A DNA stretch of 64,000 nt from Antedon mediterranea (lineage: Eukaryota; Animalia; Echinodermata): NCBI RefSeq assembly GCF_964355755.1, contig NC_092671.1, forward strand, positions 19,716,001 to 19,780,000, written 5' to 3'. Both the position numbers and the translations under genes were made by a program. Shown here one piece after another: positions 63,403-64,000 of the stretch. Within the stretch, counting starts at the first letter, position 1; every line of letters starts with the position of its first letter. Below the pieces are notes generated by a model that was not told where the DNA came from, did not search any database, and worked only from the letters and a program-made list of their open reading frames with translations.

Positions 63403-64000
63403 AGGGGGGTTCCGGGTTTAAAATGAATAGTAAAAAATGTAAAATATATTTGTTTGTCTCTTGAACGGTAAAAGTTTCAATTTATATAAGCGCCCAGTGA
63501 AGCAGAACGAAGGCTGTGAAATCAGGCCAGATTACAAGTGCAGCTACGGCAAAATCACACTGTGGTTACAAAATAGGAAATTCGTGAAATGGTCCATCTT
63601 CCGACGACTCGTTATCATAAACCATATCAATTACTTTTGTAAAATTATACTTATCTGATGTAATTTTAGTCGGTCTTCCCATTTATAAAGTCAATTTTTT
63701 ATGAAAATTCATCAAAACAGTGAAAAATTAGATATGTTTGCACTTTACGTTTGCCGATTTTCGCACGGACTTAGGGAAAAATCAAAATCAATGAAGCGTA
63801 ACGTATACTGTACATTCCTGCTGAGGATCGAGCGAGACGACGATACACGTGCTCTCTCCCCTGCCCATGCCTGGCATCGTCACGTGATAAGCAGATACAA
63901 CAATACCAAACTGGTCGGGTCTAGTATACCCCGTCTATAATCACAACATGAACGATGTACAGTATTTGATTGAAGGTTGACTTGACCTACCGGAATGGTA
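63403..64000. mobile_element. Probable left end of a TTAA-target (Kolobok-like) element
   Basis: TTAA|AGGGGGG start followed by CpG-rich non-coding sequence. The other end would be outside the window. Confidence 0.35.

Overview
AT-rich, intron-containing animal genomic DNA, probably a marine invertebrate (inference). Four spliced genes could be reconstructed by hand from GT-AG sites and phase-compatible exons. (1) A complete ORC4 on the - strand, 11 coding exons, 30734->4161, 452 aa. (2) A complete type-I receptor SP-EGF-CUB-LDLa(x4-5)-TM-PPxY on the - strand, 44049->36267, whose third LDLa exon has been tandemly duplicated with a DNA transposon at the junction, plus a dead copy of its TM/tail exon downstream. 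(3) A small LDLa-TM-PPxY paralogue on the - strand, about 48.0->47.4 kb, with the N-terminus unresolved. (4) The 5' part of a MEGF10/11/Draper/SREC-like multi-EGF protein on the + strand, from 56171 past the window end. The rest is dominated by mobile DNA: a full-length but disabled Mag-type Ty3/Gypsy element in the last ORC4 intron; RTE, CR1/L2-group and L1/Tx1 LINE fragments, one carrying a 2A/StopGo motif and one a possible HDV-like ribozyme remnant; Helentron-type non-autonomous elements; TTAA/TA/TAA-target MITEs; tRNA-derived SINE heads; and short tandem repeats. No prokaryotic systems, CRISPR arrays or rRNA are seen. All family assignments come from motif recognition by eye, not database searches.
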